Shown in pieces: positions 37,985-48,047 of a stretch of 55,671 nucleotides of DNA. The DNA is from Bacillota bacterium (GTDB taxonomy: Bacteria > Bacillota > SHA-98 > UBA4971): positions 1 through 55,671 of the forward strand of contig DUVA01000048.1 in assembly GCA_012841305.1 (NCBI GenBank). The letters are read 5' to 3'. The notes under the pieces are model-generated. The model searched no databases and was not told the origin of the DNA. It worked only from the letters and a program-made list of their open reading frames with translations. A program made the translations under genes and the position numbers. Within the stretch, counting starts at the first letter, position 1, and each line of letters begins with the position of its first letter.

Positions 37985-40546
37985 ATGAAGGCTGTGGTCA
38001 TGGCAGGTGGGGAAGGAACAAGGCTTAGACCCCTTACCTGCAACCGGCCAAAACCCATGGTCCCTGTGGTAAACAAGCCTATCATCCAGCATATATTCGA
38101 GCTTTTGAGACGCCATTCTATTACTGATATAGCGGTTACCTTGTACTATCTTGCTGATGAAATCGAAAGCTTTTTCGGTGACGGGTCAGAACTGGGCCTT
38201 AAGCTTTCCTACTCTATTGAGGATGTGCCTTTGGGGACAGCGGGCAGCGTCAGAAAGGCTTGTGAAATGCTTGGGCGAGAGCGAGTCATAGTAATATCAG
38301 GAGACGCTTTGACTGACATCGACCTTGATGAGGTAATCAGGTTTCACGAAGCTAAATCAGCCATGGCTACCATTGTTACCACCAGGGTTCCTAACCCTCT
38401 TGAGTACGGGATCGTTGTGTTTGATGAAGAGGGGCGAATCAGGAGATTTCTGGAGAAGCCCAGTTGGGGTCAGGTTTTCAGCGACACTGTGAATACCGGC
38501 ATTTATGTCCTTGAGCCGGAAGTGCTTGATTACATTGACCCGGGCAGGCCTGTGGATTTCAGTCAGGACGTGTTTCCGAAGCTCCTCCATGAGGGAGAGA
38601 GATTGTTCGGATTTGTGACAACTGACTACTGGTGTGACGTGGGTAATCTGCAGCAATATAGGGAAGCGCAGATAGACGCTGTCACCGGTAAGGTAAATGT
38701 GACAATCCCCGGCGCAAAGATAAGACATGATATCTGGGTCGGCGAAGGGACAGAGATTGATCCTGGGGCAACCCTCGCCGGTCCCCTGGTAATCGGCAGG
38801 AATTGTCGAATCGGCAAAGGGGCAGGCTGTTTTGAATACAGCTTCATAGGGGACAATTGCATTATTGAAGAGGATGTAAGAATTCATCGGAGCGTTTTAT
38901 GGCCGGACTCGTTTTTAGGCCAGAGCGCTGAAATAGGAGGAACCCTTGTAGGCCAGCATGCGATTGTTAAGGATTTTGTCACTTGCCACGAAGGGGTTGT
39001 CATAGGAGATAGGTGCAGAATCGGGCAAGGCGCAACTCTGCAGCCACATGTCAAGATTTGGCCTAATAAAGTCATTGAATCCGGGTCGCGCGTTGCTATG
39101 AGCTTGATATGGGGCACAAAATGGCCGGGTTCCATATTCAAAGAGCGGGGCGTTACCGGACTGACTAACATTGAGTTGACTCCGGAATTTGCAATGAAAC
39201 TAGGGGCATCCTTTGGAAGCTCTATTGGCAAAGGTGCTACTGTCACCACCAGCCGAGATGATCACCCGTCATCCAGGATGATTCTGAGGTCCATCATTTG
39301 CGGACTCATGACAGTAGGCGTAAACATCCTGGATCTTCGGTCGACCCCGCTTCCGGTGAGCAGGTATAATATCAAGACTCTTGGCGTGGACGGCGGTCTG
39401 CATATCCGAATTTCCCCCGATAACCCCAGGTATACACTGGTCGAGCTCTTCAATAGACAAGGAATCAATCTTCCCAGATCTCATGAGCGAAAAGTTGAGA
39501 ACCTTTTCTTCAGAGAGGATTTCAGACGCACTGACGCGGATGAGGTCGGGAAGTTGGAGTTTCCCGGGCGAGTCCTTGACTCGTACGTGGAAGCGTTCTT
39601 TAACTATGTGGACATAGGGGCAATTCTAAGCTCAAGAAAGAGTATTGTCATAGACTACGCATATAGCAGGCTGTCCATGTTTTTCCCCAGTATCTTCGGG
39701 CGGTTGGGATGCGAAATGGTGGCGCTGAATGCCTATCCGGATCATTCCAGAATTCCTAAGACCGCTGAGGACAGAAAAATTCATCTTGATAGGTTGTCTA
39801 AGACTGTAAGCACTCTGAAGGCGGATATAGGGGTCCTCATCGAAAGCGACGGAGAGAGGTTGTCGCTGGTAGATGAAGGAGGAAGGATTATTGAAGGGAA
39901 CACCCTGCTTGCTGCCATAGCGTGGCTTGCGTTAAAGGATGCTTCAGCTCGAACGAGCGCCGGAAATGGTAAGGAGGGCCTGGAATACCCGTTGTATCCT
40001 TTGCGAGTCGCTGTTACGGTGGACGCTACCGGGGCAGTAGAGGAAATAGCCGGAGGCTTCGGGGCTGAGGTGTTTAGAACGAGGCAGGATCCGCGATCTC
40101 TCATGGAGTTTCTGCTTCGTCCAGGGCAGGAGGTCCTGTTTGCAGGAGACGGAGACGGAGGTTTTATCTTCCCAAGTTTTCAGCCTGCCTTTGATGCAAT
40201 GTTTACCCTTGCAAAAGTACTTCAGTTCCTGGCCGGGGAGGGCTTGGAGCTTTCGAGTGTCGTCGATAGCTTGGATATTCCGCCTATGGTGAGAAAAGCA
40301 GTTACGTGTCCGTGGGAACATAAGGGCCGGGTAATGAGGGTTCTGGCGCAGGAATCGGAAGGGACAAGAAGAGAATTCATTGACGGTCTTCGCATGTTCC
40401 GAGATGACGGATGGGTTCTTATATTGCCTGACCCCGCAGAGGCGACTGTTCATATTTACTCTGAAGCTACTACTCATGCCGCTGCAGCCGAGTATGCGGA
40501 AGGATTCGCGGAAAAGATAAGCGAAATAGCGGGATTAAATAAGTGA
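37985..40546 (+). CDS. Sugar-phosphate nucleotidyltransferase / hexapeptide / phosphomutase-like fusion (mannose-1-P guanylyltransferase-like)
   Basis: [26 protein letters not shown], left-handed beta-helix repeats, PGM/PMM-like C-terminal half with degenerate active site. Confidence 0.9.
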   Translation: MKAVVMAGGEGTRLRPLTCNRPKPMVPVVNKPIIQHIFELLRRHSITDIAVTLYYLADEIESFFGDGSELGLKLSYSIEDVPLGTAGSVRKACEMLGRERVIVISGDALTDIDLDEVIRFHEAKSAMATIVTTRVPNPLEYGIVVFDEEGRIRRFLEKPSWGQVFSDTVNTGIYVLEPEVLDYIDPGRPVDFSQDVFPKLLHEGERLFGFVTTDYWCDVGNLQQYREAQIDAVTGKVNVTIPGAKIRHDIWVGEGTEIDPGATLAGPLVIGRNCRIGKGAGCFEYSFIGDNCIIEEDVRIHRSVLWPDSFLGQSAEIGGTLVGQHAIVKDFVTCHEGVVIGDRCRIGQGATLQPHVKIWPNKVIESGSRVAMSLIWGTKWPGSIFKERGVTGLTNIELTPEFAMKLGASFGSSIGKGATVTTSRDDHPSSRMILRSIICGLMTVGVNILDLRSTPLPVSRYNIKTLGVDGGLHIRISPDNPRYTLVELFNRQGINLPRSHERKVENLFFREDFRRTDADEVGKLEFPGRVLDSYVEAFFNYVDIGAILSSRKSIVIDYAYSRLSMFFPSIFGRLGCEMVALNAYPDHSRIPKTAEDRKIHLDRLSKTVSTLKADIGVLIESDGERLSLVDEGGRIIEGNTLLAAIAWLALKDASARTSAGNGKEGLEYPLYPLRVAVTVDATGAVEEIAGGFGAEVFRTRQDPRSLMEFLLRPGQEVLFAGDGDGGFIFPSFQPAFDAMFTLAKVLQFLAGEGLELSSVVDSLDIPPMVRKAVTCPWEHKGRVMRVLAQESEGTRREFIDGLRMFRDDGWVLILPDPAEATVHIYSEATTHAAAAEYAEGFAEKISEIAGLNK

Positions 40547-40810
40547 GTCGGTCGCGGCGGGCGGGAGCAGTATGAGTCGACGTGTCAAGTAAACTTGGAT
40601 ACCAGGTATAGGCTGGTGTCGGCTTCTGTTGGCACTATGGGCGAGAGTTGGTCCGGGTGCAAACATTATTACCGTCAAAGGCGAAGGTTGACGCTGAGCG
40701 CGAACATCGCTGCCGCAGGACGCAAAAGAGCAACTGCAACTACTGCAACTGTTAACTGTTCGCGTGGTAGACAAGGGTGAGCACAAACATATGATACATA
40801 GATCGTGGAA

Positions 40811-40834
40811 AAGGGGCGCATTAACGCGCCCCTT
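40811..40834. terminator. Hairpin between convergent genes
   Basis: AAGGGGCGC/GCGCCCCTT. Confidence 0.6.
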
Positions 40835-40925
40835 GTCAATGAGTGAGTTCAGCACGGGTTAGTCCAGAACGAGTTAGCCCACTACGAGCCGGCCCGACGT
40901 TGTGTCCTAAGCCGGCTGAGTAGTG

Positions 40926-41459
40926 TCAGTAGCTCTCACATAGGGGTTGAAAGAATGCCCTCGGATGTTTACAAGCAGGACATGCTTCAGGCGCCTCCGC
41001 CCCTTCATGGACATATCCGCAGTTGCGGCAGTGCCACTTAATCGGCTCATCTCTGCGGAAAGTCGTTCCGTCCTGAATCCTTGCCAATAGCGCCTTATAT
41101 CGCTTTTCGTGTGCCTCCTCGACTTCCCCTACCTCTTCAAAAGTTGCTGCGAGATCTTCAAAGCCCTCTTCCCGTGCGACTTCGGCAAATTCCTTATACA
41201 TTGAGGTCCACTCGTAGTTTTCACCTTTGATGGCGTCGTCTAAATTAGCCGCAGTATCTGAAATCATGCCCAGGGCTTTAGCCCACAATTTTGCGTGCTC
41301 TTTTTCATTGTCTGCTGTCTCTTCGAATATGGCAGCAATTTGCTGATAACCTTCTCTGCGTGCTACGGAAGCGAAGTATGTATATTTGTTCCGAGCCTCG
41401 GATTCACCGGCAAAGGCGGCCTTCAGATTGGCTTCAGTCCTAGATCCTTTAAGTTGCAT
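40926..41459 (-). CDS. rbr: Rubrerythrin
   Basis: [30 protein letters not shown]...CPACKHP. Confidence 0.96.
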   Translation of the reverse strand: MQLKGSRTEANLKAAFAGESEARNKYTYFASVARREGYQQIAAIFEETADNEKEHAKLWAKALGMISDTAANLDDAIKGENYEWTSMYKEFAEVAREEGFEDLAATFEEVGEVEEAHEKRYKALLARIQDGTTFRRDEPIKWHCRNCGYVHEGAEAPEACPACKHPRAFFQPLCESY

Positions 41460-41984
41460 TTTGATGCCTCCATCTCTCTCGTATTTTTTCTATGCTTATC
41501 ATTCGCCTGATACCCTAAACCTATTATGTCGTTGATCTGCTCCATCATCAAGTTCACACCGATGAAGCTGACAACTATGTGAAATTCTCAACCAAAGGTG
41601 TTGCCGAGCCCACAACCAAGACTGTCAACCAGGATTGTCGACTACGGTCGCCAAGTCTACACCGATGCGAGATTGCCAACCAAGATTAGCCAATGAACTG
41701 TGGACATTACAAATTCTCCGTAGAGTTGTAGAATCCTTCTGAGATACGTGTTTTCTTAGCCTGTCTGGTGTGCGCGAATACTTGTCACCTTCTTTTCGTC
41801 GGCTGCCAGAATATCTACGAATACCTGACACGTCTTTGCTGAACGTGGTCGAATCCCTCGAACCATCCAAACGCTCGTCGGTGGTTGAAACTCAGGCACG
41901 TTTTCTGTTGGCCTTCCTGCGATGGCAGGATGGCTGCCATCTAATATTTACCAGCAAGCGAAAAGGCGCATCTTCGCAGGGAGG

Positions 41985-42445
41985 GTGTTCGAAAATAGAA
42001 CACGGTTTCTAGAAAATCCCCAGCGACGGCCGAATGACATTCCATATTTTGGAGAATAAGTTGAAAAAGCTTGAATCCCCCGGGCAAGGTGATCGAATTT
42101 CGAACACCCCAACCCTGATCTGTGTTCGAAAATAGCGCACGTCTTTCCTAGAGACCCCTGGGGTGTCCGGTTTTCGATCACGAATTCCGAACTCGTGTTC
42201 GAGAATAGTACACGGTTCTCCGAACCTGTGTTCGGATTTCGAACAGGCGCTGTCAGAAGTCGCTCATTATGTAGAGTCATTTGGGTTTGGTGATCGAAAA
42301 TCGAACACCAAACCCAGAAGGTGTGCTCGAAAATAGTACACTGCTTCCAGAAAATCATTGATTTTCAGGCACCCTCCGGCTTATTTGTGAAAGTGTGCTC
42401 GAAAATAGTACACGCTCTCCAAAAGCATGTTCGAAAATCGAACAC
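41985..42445. repeat. Second copy of the GTGTTCGA-N3-TCGAACAC palindrome array
   Basis: Units at 41985, 42089, 42122, 42163, 42195, 42228, 42290, 42323, 42395, 42427; 42089-42413 aligns ungapped to 4509-4833 (47 mismatches in 325 bp by hand). Confidence 0.93.
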
Positions 42446-42601
42446 CTCGGCGAGACAAGCAAGCAGGTGGAAGGAAGTCAGATACTCCTATACATAGGTC
42501 GTCGGTAAAGATCAATGATCGGCAAATTCAGTTTATCGCATTTCCACTGACGAGCTCCTAGGTGGGGGCTATTTGACGCTCACAGTTTAGTGATTCGTGA
42601 A

Positions 42602-42673
42602 GATCAGTAATACGGGATCAGTAATATGGGATCTGTAATATGGGATCTGTAATGTGGGATGTCAGTAATGTGG
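42602..42673. repeat. 14-bp tandem repeat x5 (GATCWGTAATRYGG)
   Basis: GATCAGTAATACGG GATCAGTAATATGG GATCTGTAATATGG GATCTGTAATGTGG GATGTCAGTAATGTGG. Confidence 0.9.
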
Positions 42674-42675
42674 GA

Positions 42676-42703
42676 TTGACAAAAGATGAGTGCCGGATAT
42701 AAT
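42676..42703 (+). promoter_or_regulatory. SigA promoter upstream of cupin gene
   Basis: TTGACA-N16-TATAAT. Confidence 0.75.
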
Positions 42704-42878
42704 ATAAGTGATGAACTTAGTAATATATTCTATGATTGGATCTATTTCCCCTATCCTCATGTTCTTAGTCGTCACGTGCAATGATTTGGAACGAGTGTCC
42801 GCAATACAGATGCAGAACAAAGAATTCAAAAGAGCAACTTAAGATAAAGAGAAAAATCAATAACATGGAGGGATATCA

Positions 42879-43217
42879 ATGAAAAGAATTAGACTCGAGG
42901 AGCTTCCAATGGTGACTTCACCAAGAGGCCCGAAGATCAGAAAAGTGGTGTCTACAGATGACGTTGCCGTTGCCAACGTAGTTCTCGAACCCGGTCAGGT
43001 ATTGCCGTCTCACAAGACTCCAGTGGATGTGCTATTCTATGTGCACTCAGGTTCAGGTTATGTCGTTATTGATGATGAGAATATCGAAGTCTCCGCCGGT
43101 GATATGGTTCCCAGCCCTAAGAACATACCTCACGGCTTAAAAGCAGGTGAAGAGACTGACTTTAGCGTTCTGGTAATAAAGACACCCAACCCGGATACTC
43201 TGAAGAATCGCAATTAG
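42879..43217 (+). CDS. Cupin domain protein
   Basis: PGQ.LP.H.TP, FYVHSGSG, AGD..P.P.NIPHG; RBS GGAGGG. Confidence 0.9.
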   Translation: MKRIRLEELPMVTSPRGPKIRKVVSTDDVAVANVVLEPGQVLPSHKTPVDVLFYVHSGSGYVVIDDENIEVSAGDMVPSPKNIPHGLKAGEETDFSVLVIKTPNPDTLKNRN

Positions 43218-43302
43218 CCCTTGATATGTAGGAATTTCGGTTTCTATAGAGAACGATTTCAGTGATGGGAGTTTAATCTATAGACGGGATGTGGTTTGTT
43301 TA

Positions 43303-44088
43303 ATGGAACTTGATCAGCTTATAGAAAAGGTTACAGTCGAACTCATGAAGGAATTCAAGCGGGAGCCACAGGATCTGCAGGGCTTGCAATCTTCGCCTGC
43401 GTCGCAGACAGCCTGCGCTTCGCAAGAAATAGCTCGCTTCATTGACCATACGTTGCTCAAACCGGATTCCACACGTGAGCAAATAGTCAGGTTCTGTGAG
43501 GAAGCAAAAGAATACTGCTTTGCTTCCGTCTGTGTGAACCCGACAAATGTGAGCTTGGCCTCGAACCTTCTCAAAAACACACCGGTGAAAGTATGCACAG
43601 TCATAGGGTTTCCCTTAGGCGCAAATACTTCTGTGACTAAGGCAATAGAAACCAGAGATGCAATTGTGAACGGAGCATCCGAAGTAGACATGGTCATTAA
43701 TGTCGGTGCTCTGAAGTCAGGCGATGATAATCAAGTGCTGGCGGATATCGAGGCTGTCGTGGACGCAGCCGGCGGTAAAGCCCTGGTCAAGGTGATTCTG
43801 GAGACTGCCCTTCTTACTGATGAAGAAAAGGTGAAAGGATGCCTGCTGGCAAAACTGGCCGGAGCTGACTTTGTGAAGACATCTACAGGATTCGGCCCCG
43901 GAGGAGCCACTGTTGAAGATATCAGACTCATGCGGAAGGCAGTCGGCTCGGACATGGGTGTGAAAGCCTCAGGAGGCATCCGAGACTATGAATCTATGCT
44001 ACGAATGATACATGCAGGCGCAACTCGGATCGGAGCAAGCGCAGGCGTCAAGATTGTGAAGCAAGCTAGAGAGTCCGAATCCAGGTAG
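43303..44088 (+). CDS. deoC: Deoxyribose-phosphate aldolase with N-terminal amphipathic extension
   Basis: [48 protein letters not shown]. Confidence 0.96.
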   Translation: MELDQLIEKVTVELMKEFKREPQDLQGLQSSPASQTACASQEIARFIDHTLLKPDSTREQIVRFCEEAKEYCFASVCVNPTNVSLASNLLKNTPVKVCTVIGFPLGANTSVTKAIETRDAIVNGASEVDMVINVGALKSGDDNQVLADIEAVVDAAGGKALVKVILETALLTDEEKVKGCLLAKLAGADFVKTSTGFGPGGATVEDIRLMRKAVGSDMGVKASGGIRDYESMLRMIHAGATRIGASAGVKIVKQARESESR

Positions 44089-44112
44089 TCACTGGGTAGT
44101 TCCAATGTGTGC

Positions 44113-44145
44113 GGAAGCAGGGAGGATTTCTTTTTCCCTGCTTCC
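44113..44145 (+). terminator. Terminator after deoC
   Basis: GGAAGCAGGGA/TCCCTGCTTCC. Confidence 0.65.
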
Positions 44146-44414
44146 TATCATCATCGGCCAACCGGGCTTTCGCAAGGCGTTTGCGTGAGCAATCCCGCTT
44201 GCGGGTTGACCGTGGCCCAATTGCCGCCATCTCTTAGTGGCAGCTAAAGGCTATTATAACCGTATCCGATTTTTGTATACACGACAATGCGTGGTATTAT
44301 GGTGTAGAGACGCAACTGTCCACACCTAGCATGAGTATTATCAGTAGTTGCCGAACCCAAATTGGGCGTTAACAGAGACAGCCACAAAAGCATAAAGGGA
44401 GGCTGCACCTAAGC

Positions 44415-44975
44415 ATGCGATTCTTACTGGAACTTTTCACATCATTCTTTAAAATAGGCGCGTTCACGTTTGGAGGGGGCCATGCCATGGTTCCTCTTAT
44501 CCAAAAAGAAGTCGTAGATGAAAAGGGATGGATTGAGGCAGAAGACTTCATAGACATACTGGCTTTGGCTCAGACTGCTCCCGGCCCTGTGGCTGCCAAT
44601 ACATCAGTTTTTGTAGGATATAAACTTGTCGGTATCCCAGGCGCGGTCTGGGCTCTGGCAGGGACGATACTGCCGTCCTTCATTGTAATTCTTGTTGTTG
44701 CCATGTATTTCACGAAAATTACTGATTCTGCCGTTATAAACGCAGCCTTCTCCGGAATAAGGCCTGCAGTAGTAGCGCTTGTGGTAAGCGCAGCCATTAA
44801 TATCGGCAAGACAGCGCTTCGCGATCTGAAGGGAGTAGGCATTAGTATTCTTGCCTTTCTTGCCGTCACAGTCGGAGGCATACATCCGATACCCGTGATC
44901 TTGGGAAGCGCTGCGCTGGGTTATGCGTTCTTTAGAGATGATAAGATTCCCGGGCTAAACAATCAGGTTGACTGA
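44415..44975 (+). CDS. Short-chain chromate transporter (ChrA family), subunit 1
   Basis: FKIGAFTFGGG, AQTAPGP.A.N, LPSF, GIRPAVV. Confidence 0.93.
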   Translation: MRFLLELFTSFFKIGAFTFGGGHAMVPLIQKEVVDEKGWIEAEDFIDILALAQTAPGPVAANTSVFVGYKLVGIPGAVWALAGTILPSFIVILVVAMYFTKITDSAVINAAFSGIRPAVVALVVSAAINIGKTALRDLKGVGISILAFLAVTVGGIHPIPVILGSAALGYAFFRDDKIPGLNNQVD

Positions 44976-45006
44976 CTAATAGGACTTACTAGGGGCTGAC
45001 GAAACA

Positions 45007-45558
45007 ATGACAAGCATTCTATTTAAGCTGCTATTTACTTTTTCAAAAATCGGCCTTTTTACATTTGGCGGAGGATACGCCATGATTCCCCTGATGGAGA
45101 AGGAAATAATACAAGCAAACAAGTGGCTGTCAATGAAGGAATTTGTGGACATCATCGCTATCGCAGAAGTGACTCCCGGGCCTATTGCCGTCAATTCGGC
45201 CACTTATGTAGGCTACAAAATGGCCGGAGTCTGGGGCGCAGCGTTTGCCACGGTAGGCGTGGTCTTACCGTCATTTGTAATAGTCATCTCCTTGGCCTCC
45301 CTATTCCTAAAATACAAGGATGCTCCCGCTGTGAAGGCTATCTCAAAAGGGCTCAGAGCTGCAGTCACGGCAATGATAGCCAGCGCAGCCTTTTCAATGG
45401 CGAAAGCATCCATTATTGATGTGCAAGGTATAGTAATTGTTGGACTAGTATTATTCGGGATATTCAAGATGAAAATACACCCGATAATTTGCATTTTTTT
45501 GGCGGCAGTCCTGGGAATTACCTTATGGGGTGGAATGATGCTTGTCCCCGGTTTGTAG
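45007..45558 (+). CDS. Short-chain chromate transporter (ChrA family), subunit 2
   Basis: KIGLFTFGGGY, TPGPIAVNSATYVG, LPSF. Confidence 0.93.
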   Translation: MTSILFKLLFTFSKIGLFTFGGGYAMIPLMEKEIIQANKWLSMKEFVDIIAIAEVTPGPIAVNSATYVGYKMAGVWGAAFATVGVVLPSFVIVISLASLFLKYKDAPAVKAISKGLRAAVTAMIASAAFSMAKASIIDVQGIVIVGLVLFGIFKMKIHPIICIFLAAVLGITLWGGMMLVPGL

Positions 45559-45628
45559 CTATGTCACATATGCCCAGCCTTTGTGGGGAAACATAAAAGG
45601 TGACAAGTGAACAAGGAGGGGACTTTCA

Positions 45629-45922
45629 GTGCCGGCCAGGAAGAAAAGACCTGCTAAAGCTAGGGCTAAACGCCCATTGGATTCGCTGAAATACGAAGTT
45701 GCCAGGGAACTCGACCTTCCCAAAGAGGTATTTGAGGAGGGTTATTGGGGGAATCTGTCTTCCAGGCAGTGTGGAGCCGTGGGCGGCCAGATGGTCAAAA
45801 GAATGATAGAGGCTGCTCAAAAGGCCATCGCTGAGGAAGCAGCAGCTCAAGCCATAGCGGGATTCCGATCCGGTTTAGGGCTTCCTCCGGAAACAGACGT
45901 GGAGATACCGTCTGAATTGTAG
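45629..45922 (+). CDS. Alpha/beta-type small acid-soluble spore protein with C-terminal extension
   Basis: LKYEVARELD, G.LSSRQCGAVGGQMVKRMI; RBS AAGGAGGG; upstream SigF/G-like ACATA-N15-GGGAAACATA. Confidence 0.9.
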   Translation: MPARKKRPAKARAKRPLDSLKYEVARELDLPKEVFEEGYWGNLSSRQCGAVGGQMVKRMIEAAQKAIAEEAAAQAIAGFRSGLGLPPETDVEIPSEL

Positions 45923-46096
45923 AGCATCCACCGGCTGGGCACAGAAACCTCAATCTGTGCCCGGTTACCTTTTTTTATTTCATTACAACAGTTGCCAGCA
46001 CTGCCACAATTACTCAGGTATGCTCCTCGGCACCTGCTATCCAATAGAGACGACCAGATATACTAATTATGACCGATACTCTCCATCGGTTTCCTA

Positions 46097-46125
46097 GCAT
46101 ACCTTCATGCATTTGTGTGACACTA
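46097..46125 (+). promoter_or_regulatory. SigG-like promoter for SASP gene
   Basis: GCATA-N17-GACACTA. Confidence 0.55.
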
Positions 46126-46158
46126 TAAGCAGAAAAGCGTGGAGGGTGGTGAAATATA

Positions 46159-46503
46159 ATGGCACGTGGCTCACGTAGAAGGAATCGCCCGGTTGTCCCT
46201 GAGGCCCTTGCAGCGCTTGATAGGTTTAAGTACGAAATTGCAAACGAACTGAACCTGCCTGGCAATATCATAAACACGGGATACTGGGGGAACTTGCCTT
46301 CAGCTCAATGTGGCGCAGTCGGCGGACAGATGGTTCGCAGGATGATAGAGGCTGCCCAGCGGTCGCTGATAGAAGGCACTATGGCCGGAGTCAAAGCAGG
46401 ATTCCAGGCCGGCCTCACCCAGCAAGGCGTCACCCAGTCCTTCACTCAGACCGGCTATGGAGCGGGGCAGACAGGTTATAATGAACCTATCCAGCCTGTA
46501 TAA
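46159..46503 (+). CDS. Alpha/beta-type SASP with Gln/Gly/Thr-rich tail
   Basis: VPEA..ALD.FKYEIANEL, G.VGGQMVRRMI..AQ. Confidence 0.92.
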   Translation: MARGSRRRNRPVVPEALAALDRFKYEIANELNLPGNIINTGYWGNLPSAQCGAVGGQMVRRMIEAAQRSLIEGTMAGVKAGFQAGLTQQGVTQSFTQTGYGAGQTGYNEPIQPV

Positions 46504-46536
46504 ATCATAGATATACGAGGCAGTAAGCATATGAAG

Positions 46537-46561
46537 CAGGCCGTCTCAAAAGGACGGCCTG
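46537..46561. terminator. Terminator between convergent genes
   Basis: CAGGCCGTC/GACGGCCTG. Confidence 0.65.
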
Positions 46562-46659
46562 TGGTTCCTCCACACATACACATAAGTCCGGAAGCGTTTT
46601 ACGAGAGGGCATAAATCGTGTAATACGTCCCAAATGTATAATACATTCCCAATTCAGTA

Positions 46660-47523
46660 TCAGCAGTAATAAAACTGAAATCCAATGAGTCCCGGACCCA
46701 CGTGGGTGCCGATTATCGGTCCGATTTCTATTGGCTGCGCTCCAATACCGGGGAATTGCTCCTCCAAGGATCTTGCGACTTCATCAGCTTTTTCCCGGTT
46801 ATCAGCATATGCTATGGCAATGTTTGTCGGAAGTCGCTCCCCGCCTCCTTCGGCTATCATGAGATCCGTGATTCTCCTCAAGGCACGCTTCTCAGTTCTG
46901 ACTTGCTCAAGGACTTCAATTCGTCCTTCATCACGCACAAAATGAAGAATAGGTTTGACCTGCAAGAGAGATCCTATCACTGCTTTGGCGCCTGACAGAC
47001 GGCCTCCTTTATGCAGAAACATAAGATCATTGACGACGAAGAGAGTCCTCATAGAGTCCATGACTTCGTGCACGCGGTTTATGATCTCTTCCTTATTATT
47101 ACCTGCTTCAGCCAACGCTACGGCTTCTTTCACGATGAAACCGAGGGCAGGCCCGGTTTGCTTTGAGTCAATAACGACTATGTCAGCGTCCATGTCTTCT
47201 ATCATTCCGGCTGCGGTGGAGGCGGAGTTGACAGTTCCGCTGATGCCGCTTGAAATGTGTATGGAAATAATGGTATTGGCGCCTTCTTCCAAGAGGCGCT
47301 TGTAAGTCCCAAGAAAGTCACCTGATGATGGCTGTGAAGTGGTGGGAAGCTCTTGTACCTTTCTCAATCTGGCATAGAAATCGCGATTAGTGATTTCAAC
47401 ACCTTCTTTGCAGACTTCTGATTCTATGTTAACAAGTAAAGGCACAACGGCAACATTGTGAGCTTCACGCCAGTCATCGGGCAAAGCGGCTGTACTGTCC
47501 GTAACGATTCTAATGGAATTCAT
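46660..47523 (-). CDS. DegV family fatty-acid-binding protein
   Basis: IVTDST, PTTSQPS, ISSGISGT, L.KGGR, IGTHVGPG. Confidence 0.95.
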   Translation of the reverse strand: MNSIRIVTDSTAALPDDWREAHNVAVVPLLVNIESEVCKEGVEITNRDFYARLRKVQELPTTSQPSSGDFLGTYKRLLEEGANTIISIHISSGISGTVNSASTAAGMIEDMDADIVVIDSKQTGPALGFIVKEAVALAEAGNNKEEIINRVHEVMDSMRTLFVVNDLMFLHKGGRLSGAKAVIGSLLQVKPILHFVRDEGRIEVLEQVRTEKRALRRITDLMIAEGGGERLPTNIAIAYADNREKADEVARSLEEQFPGIGAQPIEIGPIIGTHVGPGLIGFQFYYC

Positions 47524-47830
47524 GACATATCCTCCTTTTTGCCCAAAATGCCATTAATTTGCATGTATTCTTTTTGGTACAAAAATATTCTTCGTCATCT
47601 TGCCCTTAAATCCTTCACTTTAAACTTTTCTTCCTATTCAAGAGTATTTTGGAACTTCGTCGGAAAGTCATTACTAGAATTAGCAGGCATGGACGATGCC
47701 AAACTTTCATCAAAACATGAGCCATAGACTCTTAAGAAATCCCGAGAAGGGAGAAAATACAATTGAGATCCACGGGGTATAGTAGTAAAGGACGCACAGC
47801 GGCACAAAAAGTGTGCGAAGGGGGAGTATC

Positions 47831-48025
47831 ATGAAGAATAACGAATGCGGAAAACATCCTCACATGCCTGACAATGCAGAAAGCAGCGTAAAGTGCAAGC
47901 AATGTGGAAACATGGTTAATGTCGGCGATATGTCATCAGAAGGGATGGTATCTTGTCCGGTTTGCGGAGCATCAGTGAGCTCCTGGGACACTTTGAAATC
48001 TGAGGTTTCAAACGAAGATTACTAG
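47831..48025 (+). CDS. Small zinc-ribbon protein (CxxCG...CxxCG, LysW-like spacing)
   Basis: CKQCG-x15-CPVCG; RBS GGGGGAG; acidic C-terminus NEDY. Confidence 0.65.
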   Translation: MKNNECGKHPHMPDNAESSVKCKQCGNMVNVGDMSSEGMVSCPVCGASVSSWDTLKSEVSNEDY

Positions 48026-48047
48026 GTTATCAGTGTATTTAGGGGGC

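Noticed and set aside
40595-40780. 61-aa ORF with ATATTAT and a GCAACT microrepeat
   Set aside because: No RBS or recognisable motif; it lies in a convergent intergenic gap.
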